From positions 32,001 to 96,000 of the forward strand of contig CAMTVD010000013.1 of assembly GCA_947085095.1 (NCBI GenBank): a stretch of 64,000 nt of DNA, in the 5' to 3' direction. The stretch comes from an uncultured Thermus sp. (GTDB taxonomy: Bacteria > Deinococcota > Deinococci > Deinococcales > Thermaceae). A model generated the notes under the pieces. It made no database searches, was not told the DNA's origin, and worked only from the letters and a program-made list of their open reading frames with translations. Positions 1-9,394 of this stretch are shown here, in pieces (the stretch's first letter is position 1; every line of letters starts with the position of its first letter). Both the position numbers and the translations under genes were made by a program.

Positions 1-504
1 GGTGGGGTGCCCATCGGGGCTTACGGCCTTTCCCGGGAAGTGGCCGAGGCCTACGCCGCCTTGCTGGCTGGCCCCCACGCCGACACCGCTGGGGTGGGGG
101 GAACCTTGGCCGCCAACGCCTTTTCCCTGAGGGCGGCCCGGCTCATCCTGGAGCGGGTGCTCACCGAGCCCAAGTTTGCCCACATGGAAGCCATGGGGGA
201 GCGTTTTGAGAAGGGGGCGCAGGGGGTTTTTGCCCGCCACGGCCTCCCCTGGCACGTGACCCGCCTGGGGGGACGGGTGGAGTACCTCTTCCGCCCCGAT
301 CCTGCCAGGAACGGCACCGAGGCCATGGCGGGCCAGGACTCCCTTTTGGACCCCTTCATCCACCTCTTTCTCCTGAACCGGGGGGTGCTCCTCACCCCCT
401 TCCACAACATGGCCCTCATGAGCCCGGCCACCACGCCGGAGATGGTAGACAGGCACACGGAGCTTCTGGAGGAGGCGGTGCGCACCATGCTGGGGGTAGG
501 ATGA
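1..504 (+). CDS. Class III PLP aminotransferase (GSA-aminomutase-like), C-terminal part, 5'-truncated by the window
   Basis: Frame is open from base 1 (GGVPIGAYG...GGTLAANAFS); class III aminotransferase motifs; ATGA overlap with the next gene. Confidence 0.8.
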   Translation, partial: GGVPIGAYGLSREVAEAYAALLAGPHADTAGVGGTLAANAFSLRAARLILERVLTEPKFAHMEAMGERFEKGAQGVFARHGLPWHVTRLGGRVEYLFRPDPARNGTEAMAGQDSLLDPFIHLFLLNRGVLLTPFHNMALMSPATTPEMVDRHTELLEEAVRTMLGVG

Positions 505-1535
505 CCTCCAAGGTGGGGGAGCTAAAGGGGACGGGGCTGGTCCTCGAGGCCCTGCGCAAGCGCTTCGGGGAGCAGGAGGTGCTGAAAGGGGTTTCCCTGG
601 AGGTGCGCCCGGGGGAGTTCTTCACCCTGCTGGGGCCTTCCGGGTGCGGCAAGACCACCCTCCTGCGCATCGTGGGGGGGTTTGAGGTGCCCGATGAGGG
701 CAGGGTGGTGCTCAAGGGCCAGGACCTCACGCCCCTTCCCGCCCACCGGCGGCCGGTGAACACGGTTTTTCAGAACTACGCCCTCTTCCCCCACCTCACC
801 GTCTACGAGAACGTGGCCTTTGGCCTCCGTAGCCGCCGCTTTCCCGAGGCGGAGGTGCGGGCCCGGGTGGGGTACGCCCTGGGGCTTTTGCGGCTGGAAA
901 ACCTGCTCCACCGCTATCCCCACCAGCTCTCCGGGGGGCAGAAGCAGCGGGTGGCCCTGGCCCGGGCCTTGGTCAACGAGCCCGAGGTTCTGCTTCTGGA
1001 CGAGCCCATGAGCGCCCTGGACGCCAAGCTCCGGGCTGAGGTGCAGGTGGAGCTTCGCAACCTGCAAAGGCGGCTTGGGGCCACCTTCATCCTGGTCACC
1101 CACGACCAGGAGGAGGCCATGGCCGTTTCCGACCGCATCGGGGTAATGGAGGCGGGGACCCTCCTGCAGGTGGGCACCCCGGAGGAGGTGTACGAGCGGC
1201 CCCGCACCCGGTTCGTGGCGGAGTTTTTGGGCGTGGCCAACCTGATCCCCGCCCGCCGGGTGGGGGAGGGGGTGGAGACCCCTTTCGGCTTCTTCCCCTT
1301 GAGGGCGCCCTGGGCGGAGGGGTTTCTCGCCCTGCGCCCGGAGAGGGTGGAGGTTTTCCGGGGAGCTGTTCCCGGAAGTTTCGTGGCCCGGGTGCGGGAG
1401 GTGGTCTACCGGGGGGCTTACCTGGAGGCCTTCCTGGAGCCCCCGCTTCGCCTTCGGACCGCGCTCCGGCTGGCGCCCGGGGAGGAGGTCTTCGTGCGGA
1501 TTCCCGTGGAGGGGCTGGTGGTGTTGGATGGCTAG
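501..1535 (+). CDS. potA: Spermidine/putrescine ABC transporter ATP-binding subunit
   Basis: GPSGCGKT, VFQNYALFPH, LSGGQKQR, LLLDEP. Confidence 0.93.
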   Translation: MTSKVGELKGTGLVLEALRKRFGEQEVLKGVSLEVRPGEFFTLLGPSGCGKTTLLRIVGGFEVPDEGRVVLKGQDLTPLPAHRRPVNTVFQNYALFPHLTVYENVAFGLRSRRFPEAEVRARVGYALGLLRLENLLHRYPHQLSGGQKQRVALARALVNEPEVLLLDEPMSALDAKLRAEVQVELRNLQRRLGATFILVTHDQEEAMAVSDRIGVMEAGTLLQVGTPEEVYERPRTRFVAEFLGVANLIPARRVGEGVETPFGFFPLRAPWAEGFLALRPERVEVFRGAVPGSFVARVREVVYRGAYLEAFLEPPLRLRTALRLAPGEEVFVRIPVEGLVVLDG

Positions 1536-2433
1536 ACTCCTGGTCTGGTACGGGGAGCTCACCACTGGGTCCAGTCTGGCGCGCCGGGGACTTCTCCTTC
1601 TCCTTCCCGGGCTGGCGTGGCTTCTGGCCTTCCTCCTCCTGCCGGGCCTCCTCCTCATCCCCCTCTCCTTCGCCGAGCGGGGGGCTTTTGGCGAGGTGGT
1701 CTGGACCTTCAGCCTGGAGAACTACCACCGGCTTCTGGGCTTTGGGATTTTGGGCTTCAGCCTGGACAACCTCATGGCCCTCCTCCGCACCCTTTGGGTG
1801 GCCTTCTGGACCACGCTGATCTGCGTGCTCCTGGCCTACCCCATCGCCTTCTTCATCCGTGCGCAACCGGCTGGCCGCCGCTACCTCTTCCTGTCCCTGG
1901 TCATCATCCCTTTCTGGACTAACCTGGTGATCCGCACCTACGCCTGGCAGCTCCTCCTGGCCCCCGAGATGCCCCTGGCCCGCTTCCTGGCCGCCTTGGG
2001 TCTAGCGGAGCCGGGCATGGCCCTCTTCCCCAGCGCCTTCGCCGTGTATGTGGGCATGGTGAGCGCCTTTTTGCCCTTCATGGTCCTTCCCCTTTACTCC
2101 AGCGTGGAGCGCTTGGACCAGAGCCTGGTGGAGGCGGTGCAAGACCTCTACGGCAGCCCCTGGCGCACCTTTGTCCACGGCGTTTTGCCCCAGACCCTAC
2201 CCGGCCTCACCGTGGGGGTGATCCTCACCTTTATCCCGGCCATGGGCATGTTCCTGGTTCCCGACCTCTTGGGCGGGGCCAAGTACCTTTTGGTGGGCAA
2301 CCTGATCCAGCAGGCCTTCTACACCATGCGGGACTGGCCCTATGGGGCGGCGTTGAGCCTGGTCCTCATCCTGCTCACCCTCCTGGCCTTGCGCCTTTAC
2401 CGCCGCTATGGGAAGGAGGTGAGCCTGGCGTGA
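1528..2433 (+). CDS. potB: Polyamine ABC permease
   Basis: Hydrophobic; IPFWTNLVIRTYAW; EAA-like loop (EAVQDLYG). Confidence 0.9.
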   Translation: MARLLVWYGELTTGSSLARRGLLLLLPGLAWLLAFLLLPGLLLIPLSFAERGAFGEVVWTFSLENYHRLLGFGILGFSLDNLMALLRTLWVAFWTTLICVLLAYPIAFFIRAQPAGRRYLFLSLVIIPFWTNLVIRTYAWQLLLAPEMPLARFLAALGLAEPGMALFPSAFAVYVGMVSAFLPFMVLPLYSSVERLDQSLVEAVQDLYGSPWRTFVHGVLPQTLPGLTVGVILTFIPAMGMFLVPDLLGGAKYLLVGNLIQQAFYTMRDWPYGAALSLVLILLTLLALRLYRRYGKEVSLA

Positions 2434-3221
2434 AGGCCTCCCTCTGGGTGCGGGCGGTGGCCTTGGCCTCCTTGGCCTTCTTGTACCTGCCCATGCTGGC
2501 GGTGGCCCTCTTTTCCTTCAACAAGACCCGCCACGGCCTCTCTTGGGGAGGCTTTACCCTGGACTGGTACCTGAGGCTTTTTCAAAACGAGGCCATCCTC
2601 GAGGCCACCCGCAACACCTTCCTGCTGGCCATCTTCTCCACCCTGCTGGCCACCTTCCTGGGCACCCTGTTCGCCTTGGGGATGGAGCGCCATCCCTGGG
2701 GCCGGGGTTTTCGCACGTATTTGGAGAACGTTCTCTACCTGCCCGTGGTGACCCCCGACCTGATCCTGGCCGCCGCCTTGGTGGTGGCTTTTGGCTTCCT
2801 TAGGGCGGTCTCCGGCCTCTTTGAGCCGGGGCTGCTCACCATGGTGATCGGGCACGTCACCTTCCAGGTGGCCTTCGTGGCCCTGGTGGTGGGAAGCCGC
2901 CTGCGGAGCCTGCCCCGGGAGCTGGACGAGGCGGCCCGGGACCTGTACGCCACCTACCCCGTGTACTTGAGGCGGGTGCTTTTGCCTCTCCTTCTTCCCG
3001 GCATCGTGGCCGGGGCCATGCTAGCCTTCACCCTCTCCCTGGACGACTTCGTCATCAGCTTCTTCACCGCTGGCCCCACCAGCCAGACCCTGCCCCTCAT
3101 CATCTACGCTTCCACCCGTCGGGGCATCACCCCGGAGATCCACGCGGTTTCCACCCTGCTCTTCCTCTTCACGGTGCTTTTGGTCTTGGGCGCGGAGCGC
3201 TTGACAAGGAGGTCGGCATGA
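2430..3221 (+). CDS. potC: Polyamine ABC permease
   Basis: FLYLP, FSFN, EAARDL, FTLSLDDFVIS. Confidence 0.9.
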   Translation: MKASLWVRAVALASLAFLYLPMLAVALFSFNKTRHGLSWGGFTLDWYLRLFQNEAILEATRNTFLLAIFSTLLATFLGTLFALGMERHPWGRGFRTYLENVLYLPVVTPDLILAAALVVAFGFLRAVSGLFEPGLLTMVIGHVTFQVAFVALVVGSRLRSLPRELDEAARDLYATYPVYLRRVLLPLLLPGIVAGAMLAFTLSLDDFVISFFTAGPTSQTLPLIIYASTRRGITPEIHAVSTLLFLFTVLLVLGAERLTRRSA

Positions 3222-4240
3222 AAAGGATTTTGGCGGCGTTGATGGTTCTTCTGGCCCTGGGCTTGGCCCAGAAGGAACTGCGGCTTTTCATCTGGTCGGA
3301 GTACATGGACCCCGCCATCCTCGAGGCCTTCAGCAAACAGACGGGCCTCAGGGTGCGGGTGGACCTGTACGAGTCCAACGAGGAGCTGATCGCCAAGCTG
3401 CAGGCGGGCGGGGTGGGGCAGTACGACCTCATCTTCCCCTCGGACTTCTACGTGCCCTCCATCATCCAGCTGAAGCTGGTCCAGCCCCTGGACCACAGCA
3501 AGATCCCCAACCTGAAGAACCTGGACGACAAGTTCAAAAACCCCCCCTTTGACCCCGGAAACCGCTACTCCGCCGCCTACCAGTGGGGCACCACCGGGCT
3601 CATCTACCGCAAGGACCGGGTGCCGGAGCCCAAAAGCTGGGCGGTCCTCTTCAAGGAGCCCAAGGCCCCCTTTATCCTCATGGACTCCACCCGGGAGATG
3701 CTGGGCAACGTCCTCAAGTACCTGGGCTACTCGGTGAACACCAAAAACCCCAAGGAGGTGCAGCAAGCGGGGCAGGTGCTCCTGCAGGCCAAGCGGAGCC
3801 GCTACTTCCTGGGGTTTGAGGGTGGGGTGGGGGGCAAGAACCGGGTGGTGGCGGGGGCCGCCACCTACGCCGTGGTCTACAACGGGGACGCGGTCAAGGC
3901 GGCGGACGAGAACCCGGGCAAGGTGGCCTTCACCATCCCCCAGGAAGGGGCCACCCTGTGGGTGGACTCCATGATGATCCCCGCCAAAGCCCCTAACCCC
4001 GAAGGGGCCCACCGCTTCATCAACTTCATCCTGGACCCCAAGGTGGGGGCGCAGCTTTCCAACTTCAACCGCTACGCCACCCCCAACAAGGCGGCCCTGC
4101 CCCACATCAACCCCGCGGACCGCAAAAACCCCGCCATCTACCCCTCGGCCGAACTCATGAAGCGCTTGGAGTTTATCCTGGACCTGGGCAGGGACAACCG
4201 CATCTACGACGAGGTCTGGACCGCGGTGAAGAGTAGGTAA
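3218..4240 (+). CDS. potD: Polyamine ABC substrate-binding protein
   Basis: Signal peptide; WSEY, YESNEEL, YDLIFPSDFY, EGATLWVD. Confidence 0.92.
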   Translation: MKRILAALMVLLALGLAQKELRLFIWSEYMDPAILEAFSKQTGLRVRVDLYESNEELIAKLQAGGVGQYDLIFPSDFYVPSIIQLKLVQPLDHSKIPNLKNLDDKFKNPPFDPGNRYSAAYQWGTTGLIYRKDRVPEPKSWAVLFKEPKAPFILMDSTREMLGNVLKYLGYSVNTKNPKEVQQAGQVLLQAKRSRYFLGFEGGVGGKNRVVAGAATYAVVYNGDAVKAADENPGKVAFTIPQEGATLWVDSMMIPAKAPNPEGAHRFINFILDPKVGAQLSNFNRYATPNKAALPHINPADRKNPAIYPSAELMKRLEFILDLGRDNRIYDEVWTAVKSR

Positions 4241-4245
4241 AGGCC

Positions 4246-5589
4246 ATGGGGTACATCCAGCTAAAGACCCCCATCCCCGGTCCCAGGAGCCGGGCCCTGC
4301 AGGAGAGGCGCTCCCAGGCGGTCACCCGTGCCCTGGCCCAGGCCAACCCCGTCGCCGTGGCCAGGGCCCACGGGGCCCTGGTGGAGGATGTGGACGGCAA
4401 TGTGCTCATTGACCTGGCGGGGGGGATCGGGGCTTTGGCCGTGGGCCACACCCCTGAGACGGTGGTGGCGGCCATCAAGGACCAGGCGGAGCGCCTCGTC
4501 CACATGTGCGCCATCGTGGCCAACTACGAGCCCTACGTGGCCCTGGCCGAGGCCTTGAACCGCCTCTTTCCCGGGCCCGGCCCCGCCAAGACCCTTCTCG
4601 CCAACGGCGGAGCCGAGGCCGTGGAAAACGCCGTCAAGCTGGCCCGGGCTTACACGGGCAGGGCGGCGGTGATGGTCTTTGAGGGGGCCTACCACGGGCG
4701 CACCAACCTCACCATGGCCATGACCTCCAAGTACGCCCTCTTCAAGAAGGGGTTTGGCCCCTTCGCTCCCGAGGTCTACCGCCTGCCCGTGCCCAACCTC
4801 TACCGCACCCCGAGGGGCATGACCGAGGAGGAGTACCTGGACTGGTCCCTTTGGAACCTGGAGAACGCCCTCATCGCCCACATTGATGGGAGCGCCCTGG
4901 CGGCCATCGTCATTGAGCCGGTTTTGGGTGAGGGGGGCTTCCTCCCCGTTCCCTTCGCATTTTTGCGCAAGCTCCGGGAGATCGCCGACCGCACCGGGGC
5001 CCTCCTGGTGGCGGACGAGGTGCAGTCGGGCTCGGGGCGCACGGGAAGGATGTGGGCCATTGAGCATAGCGGGGTGGTGCCGGACCTCCTGGTGTCCGCC
5101 AAGAGCCTGGGGGCGGGGATGCCCATCAGCGCCGTGACGGGCAGGGCGGAGGTCATGGACGCCCCCCACGTGGGCGGGGTGGGGAGCACCTACGGGGGGA
5201 ATCCCCTGGCGGCGGTGGCGGCCCTCGAGGCCCTTAAAATCCTGGAATCCCCCGGCTTCCTGGACCGGGCCAAGGCCATAGAGGCCAAGGTGCGGGAGAT
5301 CTTTGAGCCCCTGAAGGCCCAGGTCCCGGCCTTGGGGGACGTGCGGGGAATGGGGGCCATGATGGCCCTGGAGTTCGTCAAGGACCCCAAGACCAAGGAG
5401 CCCTGGCCCGAGTTCGTCCTGGAGCTGGTGCGGAAGAACGCCGAAAAGGGGGTGATCACCATCCGCGCGGGCCTCTACTCCAACGCCCTCCGCTTCCTCC
5501 CCCCCTTGGACATCCCCTTGGACATGCTGGAGGAAGCCTTGCGTGTGGTGCGGGAGAACATCCGGGAGGTGTATGCGGCCCTTGCCTGA
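4246..5589 (+). CDS. gabT: 4-aminobutyrate/omega-amino acid aminotransferase
   Basis: GAEAVENAVK, YHGRT, EPVLGEGGF, ADEVQSG, AKSLG (PLP lysine). Confidence 0.85.
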   Translation: MGYIQLKTPIPGPRSRALQERRSQAVTRALAQANPVAVARAHGALVEDVDGNVLIDLAGGIGALAVGHTPETVVAAIKDQAERLVHMCAIVANYEPYVALAEALNRLFPGPGPAKTLLANGGAEAVENAVKLARAYTGRAAVMVFEGAYHGRTNLTMAMTSKYALFKKGFGPFAPEVYRLPVPNLYRTPRGMTEEEYLDWSLWNLENALIAHIDGSALAAIVIEPVLGEGGFLPVPFAFLRKLREIADRTGALLVADEVQSGSGRTGRMWAIEHSGVVPDLLVSAKSLGAGMPISAVTGRAEVMDAPHVGGVGSTYGGNPLAAVAALEALKILESPGFLDRAKAIEAKVREIFEPLKAQVPALGDVRGMGAMMALEFVKDPKTKEPWPEFVLELVRKNAEKGVITIRAGLYSNALRFLPPLDIPLDMLEEALRVVRENIREVYAALA

Positions 5590-6241
5590 ACCCCTTCTCT
5601 TATCCGAGGACGGGCGCTTCGCCGTGGTGCGCTCCGAGCCCTGGATGGCGGAGGCCCTGGAAGAGATCCAGGAGAAGAGCTTCCCCACCCTCTCCCGGGA
5701 GGAGCGCATGACCCGGGAGCACTACCTCTCCCACATGAGGGTCTTCCCGGAAGGGCAGCACGCGGTGGTGGAGCTGGCCACGGGCAGGGTGGTGGCCTGC
5801 TCCACGGATTTCCGCACCCGGGTGGACTTCCACCACTACCAGCACCGCTATATAGAGGCGGTGGCGGAGAACTGGCTCACCAACCACGACCCGGAGGGGG
5901 ACTGGCTTTACGGGGCGGACATCGGCGTTCTGCCGGAGTACCGGGGCCTCGGGCTTTCCAAGCTCCTCTACCAGGTGCGGCAGGACCTGGTGCGCCGCCT
6001 GGGGCTCAAGGGTCACGTGGCGGGGAGCATGCCCAAGGGCTACCACCTCTATGCCCAGGAGATGCCCATTGAGGAGTACGTGCACCGGGTGGTCCGGGGG
6101 GAGCTCAGCGACCCCGTCCTCACGGTGCAGCTTAAGCGGGGCTATCGGGTCTACGGCATCATCCCCGAGTACCTCAAAGACCCCTCCTGCCTGGACTACG
6201 GGGTCTTCGTGGTCTGGCGGAACCCGGAGGTGGGCTGGTGA
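5573..6241 (+). CDS. GNAT-family N-acetyltransferase
   Basis: GVLPEYRGLGLS acetyl-CoA motif; start moved to ATG 5573 just after GGAGGT. Confidence 0.8.
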   Translation: MRPLPEPLLLSEDGRFAVVRSEPWMAEALEEIQEKSFPTLSREERMTREHYLSHMRVFPEGQHAVVELATGRVVACSTDFRTRVDFHHYQHRYIEAVAENWLTNHDPEGDWLYGADIGVLPEYRGLGLSKLLYQVRQDLVRRLGLKGHVAGSMPKGYHLYAQEMPIEEYVHRVVRGELSDPVLTVQLKRGYRVYGIIPEYLKDPSCLDYGVFVVWRNPEVGW

Positions 6242-7704
6242 GGGAGGTGGCGGGCAGGATCTACGTTCCCGATGCCCGGGGGCGGTACCGCCCCTATAGG
6301 GCCCTGTGGGTCAGGGAGGGGCGGGTGGCGGGCCTCGAGCCGGGGCGCGGGGAAGGGGAGACCATCCTACCGGGCTTTCACGATGCCCACGTGCACGTCT
6401 GGAAGGTGGGCCAGCTCCTCACCGACCTTCTGGACCTCCGGGGCGTGGCGAGCCTCGAGGCCTTGGGGAAGCTCTTGCAGGAGCGGGACCGCCTTCTCCC
6501 TCCGGGGGCCTGGCTCCTGGGGCGGGGCTGGAACGAGGCCCATCTCGGGGCCTGGCCCACCCGGGCCTTCCTGGACAGCGTCCTTCCCCACCGCCCCGTG
6601 GTCCTGACCCGCACCTGCGCCCACATCCACGTGGCCAACACCAGGGCCCTGGAGGTGGTGGGCATCGGGCCGGACACGCCAAACCCCCCTGGGGGCGAGA
6701 TCCGCTACCGGGAGGGCCTGCTCCTGGAACGGGCCTTTGGCCTTTTAGAAAAGGCCATGCCCAAGCGCACGGTGGAGGACTACGAGCGCTACGTCCTGGC
6801 CGGGGCCAGGCACCTCCTGGCCCAGGGGATCACCTCGGCCCTGGAGCCGGGGGCCGACCCCCTCCTCCTCGCCGCCTACCGCCGCCTGGACCAGGAGGGG
6901 CGCCTTCCCCTGAGGGTCAGCGTCTTGGCCGTGGTGCGCCCCGACGGGGAGGAGGCCACCTACCCCCTGCCCGAGCCTTATCGCTCGGAGCGCCTGGTCA
7001 TCGCCGGGGTCAAGTTCTTCGCCGACGGAGGGCTCTCTGGAGCTTCGGCGGCCGTGAGCCGGCCCTACCGCGAGGTGGGGGGGAGGGGGGTCTTGCGCCT
7101 TAGGGCGGAGGAGCTCTTGGAGCTGGCCCTGCCCGCCCACGAGAAGGGCTTTTTCATCGCCACCCACGCCATCGGGGATGTGGCCATCCTCGAGGTCCTC
7201 AAGGCCTACCGCCGCCTCTACCAGGCCAAGCCCCTGCCCCTTCGCCACCGCCTGGAGCACTTCGGCCTGCCCAGCCCCAAGGCCTTGGCCCTGGCCCGGG
7301 CCCTGGGGGTCTGGGTGGTGCCCCAGCCCATCTTTTTGCAGGAGCTTCGGGAAAACTTCCTCCGCTACCTTCCCCCGGAGTTTCTGCCCTGGTGCTACCA
7401 GTTCGCCCGCATGGAGCGGGCGGGGCTTGCCCTGGCCTTCTCCTCCGATGCCCCGGTGGTGCGGGAGGTGAACCCCCTCAAAGGGGCCCTGGCCGCAGGC
7501 CGTCCCCTGATGGGAAGCGGGGTCCCTGTGGAGCGGGCCCTCTTCTACTACACTCGGCCTGAGGCGAGCGGCCTGCCCCCCGCTCGGCTATGGCCGGGGC
7601 ATGCGGTGGACCTGGTAGCCTTTGACCGGGATCCTTTCCGTCACCCGGAAGAAGCCCGGGTGGTGCGCGTGGAGGTGGACGGTGTGGCGGTCTTTGCGGC
7701 TTGA
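6238..7704 (+). CDS. Metal-dependent amidohydrolase (amidohydrolase_3/YtcJ-like)
   Basis: PGFHDAHVH, KFFADG, HAIGD, RLEH, SSDAPV. Confidence 0.9.
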   Translation: MREVAGRIYVPDARGRYRPYRALWVREGRVAGLEPGRGEGETILPGFHDAHVHVWKVGQLLTDLLDLRGVASLEALGKLLQERDRLLPPGAWLLGRGWNEAHLGAWPTRAFLDSVLPHRPVVLTRTCAHIHVANTRALEVVGIGPDTPNPPGGEIRYREGLLLERAFGLLEKAMPKRTVEDYERYVLAGARHLLAQGITSALEPGADPLLLAAYRRLDQEGRLPLRVSVLAVVRPDGEEATYPLPEPYRSERLVIAGVKFFADGGLSGASAAVSRPYREVGGRGVLRLRAEELLELALPAHEKGFFIATHAIGDVAILEVLKAYRRLYQAKPLPLRHRLEHFGLPSPKALALARALGVWVVPQPIFLQELRENFLRYLPPEFLPWCYQFARMERAGLALAFSSDAPVVREVNPLKGALAAGRPLMGSGVPVERALFYYTRPEASGLPPARLWPGHAVDLVAFDRDPFRHPEEARVVRVEVDGVAVFAA

Positions 7705-9394
7705 CCTGACGGGAAAAAAGGCCTACTGGCACGAGGTGCCCCCGGAGGAGGTGGCCTTTGGGGGAAGGTACCGCACGGGGAAGATCCTCCTGGAGCGGGA
7801 GGCCTACCGCTTTGACCCCCTCTCCCCGGAGAACCCCCTGGTCTTCGCCGTGGGGCCCTTGGCGGGCACGGGGTTTTCCAACGCCAACCGCACCAGCGTG
7901 GGCACCCGTAGCCCCCTGACCCTGGGCATCAAGGAGGCGAACGGCGGGGGCACCTTCGGCTACGCCCTGGGGCAGATGAAGCTGGCCTGGCTGGTCCTCG
8001 AGGGCCAGAGCCAGGACTGGGTGGTCCTCCGCCTCACCAAGGCGGGGGAGGTCTTCTTTGACCCCGCCCAGGACCTCCTGGGCCTTGGCAACTTCGCCGC
8101 CGCCAAAAAGCTCTTCGCCGCCTACGGGGAGAGGATCGCCTTCGCCCTCCTGGGCCCCGTGGGGGAGCAGCTGGGCCTCCTTTCCGGCATCGCCTTTTCC
8201 GATGTAGACGGGCGGCCCTCCCGCCTGGCGGCCCGGGGGGGCGTGGGGGCGGTCATGGGCCTGAAGCGGGTCAAGGCCATCGTGGTGGAGGTGCCGGGGA
8301 AGGCGGAGGTCCACGACAAGCCCAAGGTCCTGGAGGGCGTCCGCCGCTACGCCCGCCTCCTCCGGCAGGACCCCCTGGTCATGCAGTTCTACAACGCCAT
8401 CGGCACCATGGGCATGGCGGACTTCCAAAACGCCTTCGGGGGCCTGCCCGTGCGCAACTTCCGCGAGGGGCGGCTCGCTCCCCCGGAGGCTTTCCGCATG
8501 GGGGGGCAGTACATCGCCCCCCTGAACAAAAAGCGGGGCGGGAAGCACACCCACGCCTGCATGCCGGGGTGCGTGATCCAGTGCTCCAACGTGATCGTGG
8601 ACGAGAGGGGGGAGGAGGTGGTCTCCCCCCTGGAGTACGAGACCATCGGCCTCCTGGGCACCAACTGCGGCCTCGCCGACCCCGACCAGCTCGCCCGCCT
8701 CAACCGCCTGGCCAACGATCTGGGCATAGACACCATTGAGACCGGGGCCAGCCTGGCCCTCTTCATGGAGAAGGGCCTGGCGGACTGGGGGGACTACGCC
8801 TTCATGGAGGCCAAGCTCAAAGCCCTTTACGGGGCGAGTGAGGAGGCCCGCTTCCTGGCCCAGGGCACGGCCCGGGTGGGGGAGGCCCTGGGGGTGAGGC
8901 GCATCCCCGTGATCAAGCGCCAGGCCATCTCCGCCTACGATCCCCGGGTGGTGGAGGCCACGGGGATCACCATGATGGTCACCGCCCAGGGGGCGGACCA
9001 CACCGCCGGGAACGCCCCCAGGCTGGAAACCCGGGCCATGGGGGTGGAGGAGATCCTCGAGGCCAGCTACACCGCGCAAGTGAACGCCGCCGCCAACGAC
9101 GCCCTGGGGCTTTGCGTCTTCGGGGGGAGCGTCACCAACAAGGAGGTGGCCTTCGTGGCCGAGGCGGTGAACGCCGCCCTTGGTACCCGCTTCACCCCGG
9201 AGTTCTGGCGGGAGGTGGGGGAGGGGGTCCTAAAGCTGGAGCACCGCTTCAACCACCTGGCGGGCTTCACCCACGAGGAGGACCGCCTCCCCGAGTTCTT
9301 CTACCAGGAGCCGGTCCCCCCCAAGGGGTACACCGCCCGCTTCACCCCTGAGGACCTGAAGCCCCTCTACGAGAGGCTCCACCAGGGGTCGTAA
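7682..9394 (+). CDS. Aldehyde:ferredoxin oxidoreductase (W/Mo AOR family)
   Basis: SPLTLGIKEANGGG, AARGGVGAVMG, CMPGCVIQC, EYET, LGIDTIETG; GTG start 7682 after GGAGG. Confidence 0.9.
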   Translation: MWRSLRLDLTGKKAYWHEVPPEEVAFGGRYRTGKILLEREAYRFDPLSPENPLVFAVGPLAGTGFSNANRTSVGTRSPLTLGIKEANGGGTFGYALGQMKLAWLVLEGQSQDWVVLRLTKAGEVFFDPAQDLLGLGNFAAAKKLFAAYGERIAFALLGPVGEQLGLLSGIAFSDVDGRPSRLAARGGVGAVMGLKRVKAIVVEVPGKAEVHDKPKVLEGVRRYARLLRQDPLVMQFYNAIGTMGMADFQNAFGGLPVRNFREGRLAPPEAFRMGGQYIAPLNKKRGGKHTHACMPGCVIQCSNVIVDERGEEVVSPLEYETIGLLGTNCGLADPDQLARLNRLANDLGIDTIETGASLALFMEKGLADWGDYAFMEAKLKALYGASEEARFLAQGTARVGEALGVRRIPVIKRQAISAYDPRVVEATGITMMVTAQGADHTAGNAPRLETRAMGVEEILEASYTAQVNAAANDALGLCVFGGSVTNKEVAFVAEAVNAALGTRFTPEFWREVGEGVLKLEHRFNHLAGFTHEEDRLPEFFYQEPVPPKGYTARFTPEDLKPLYERLHQGS

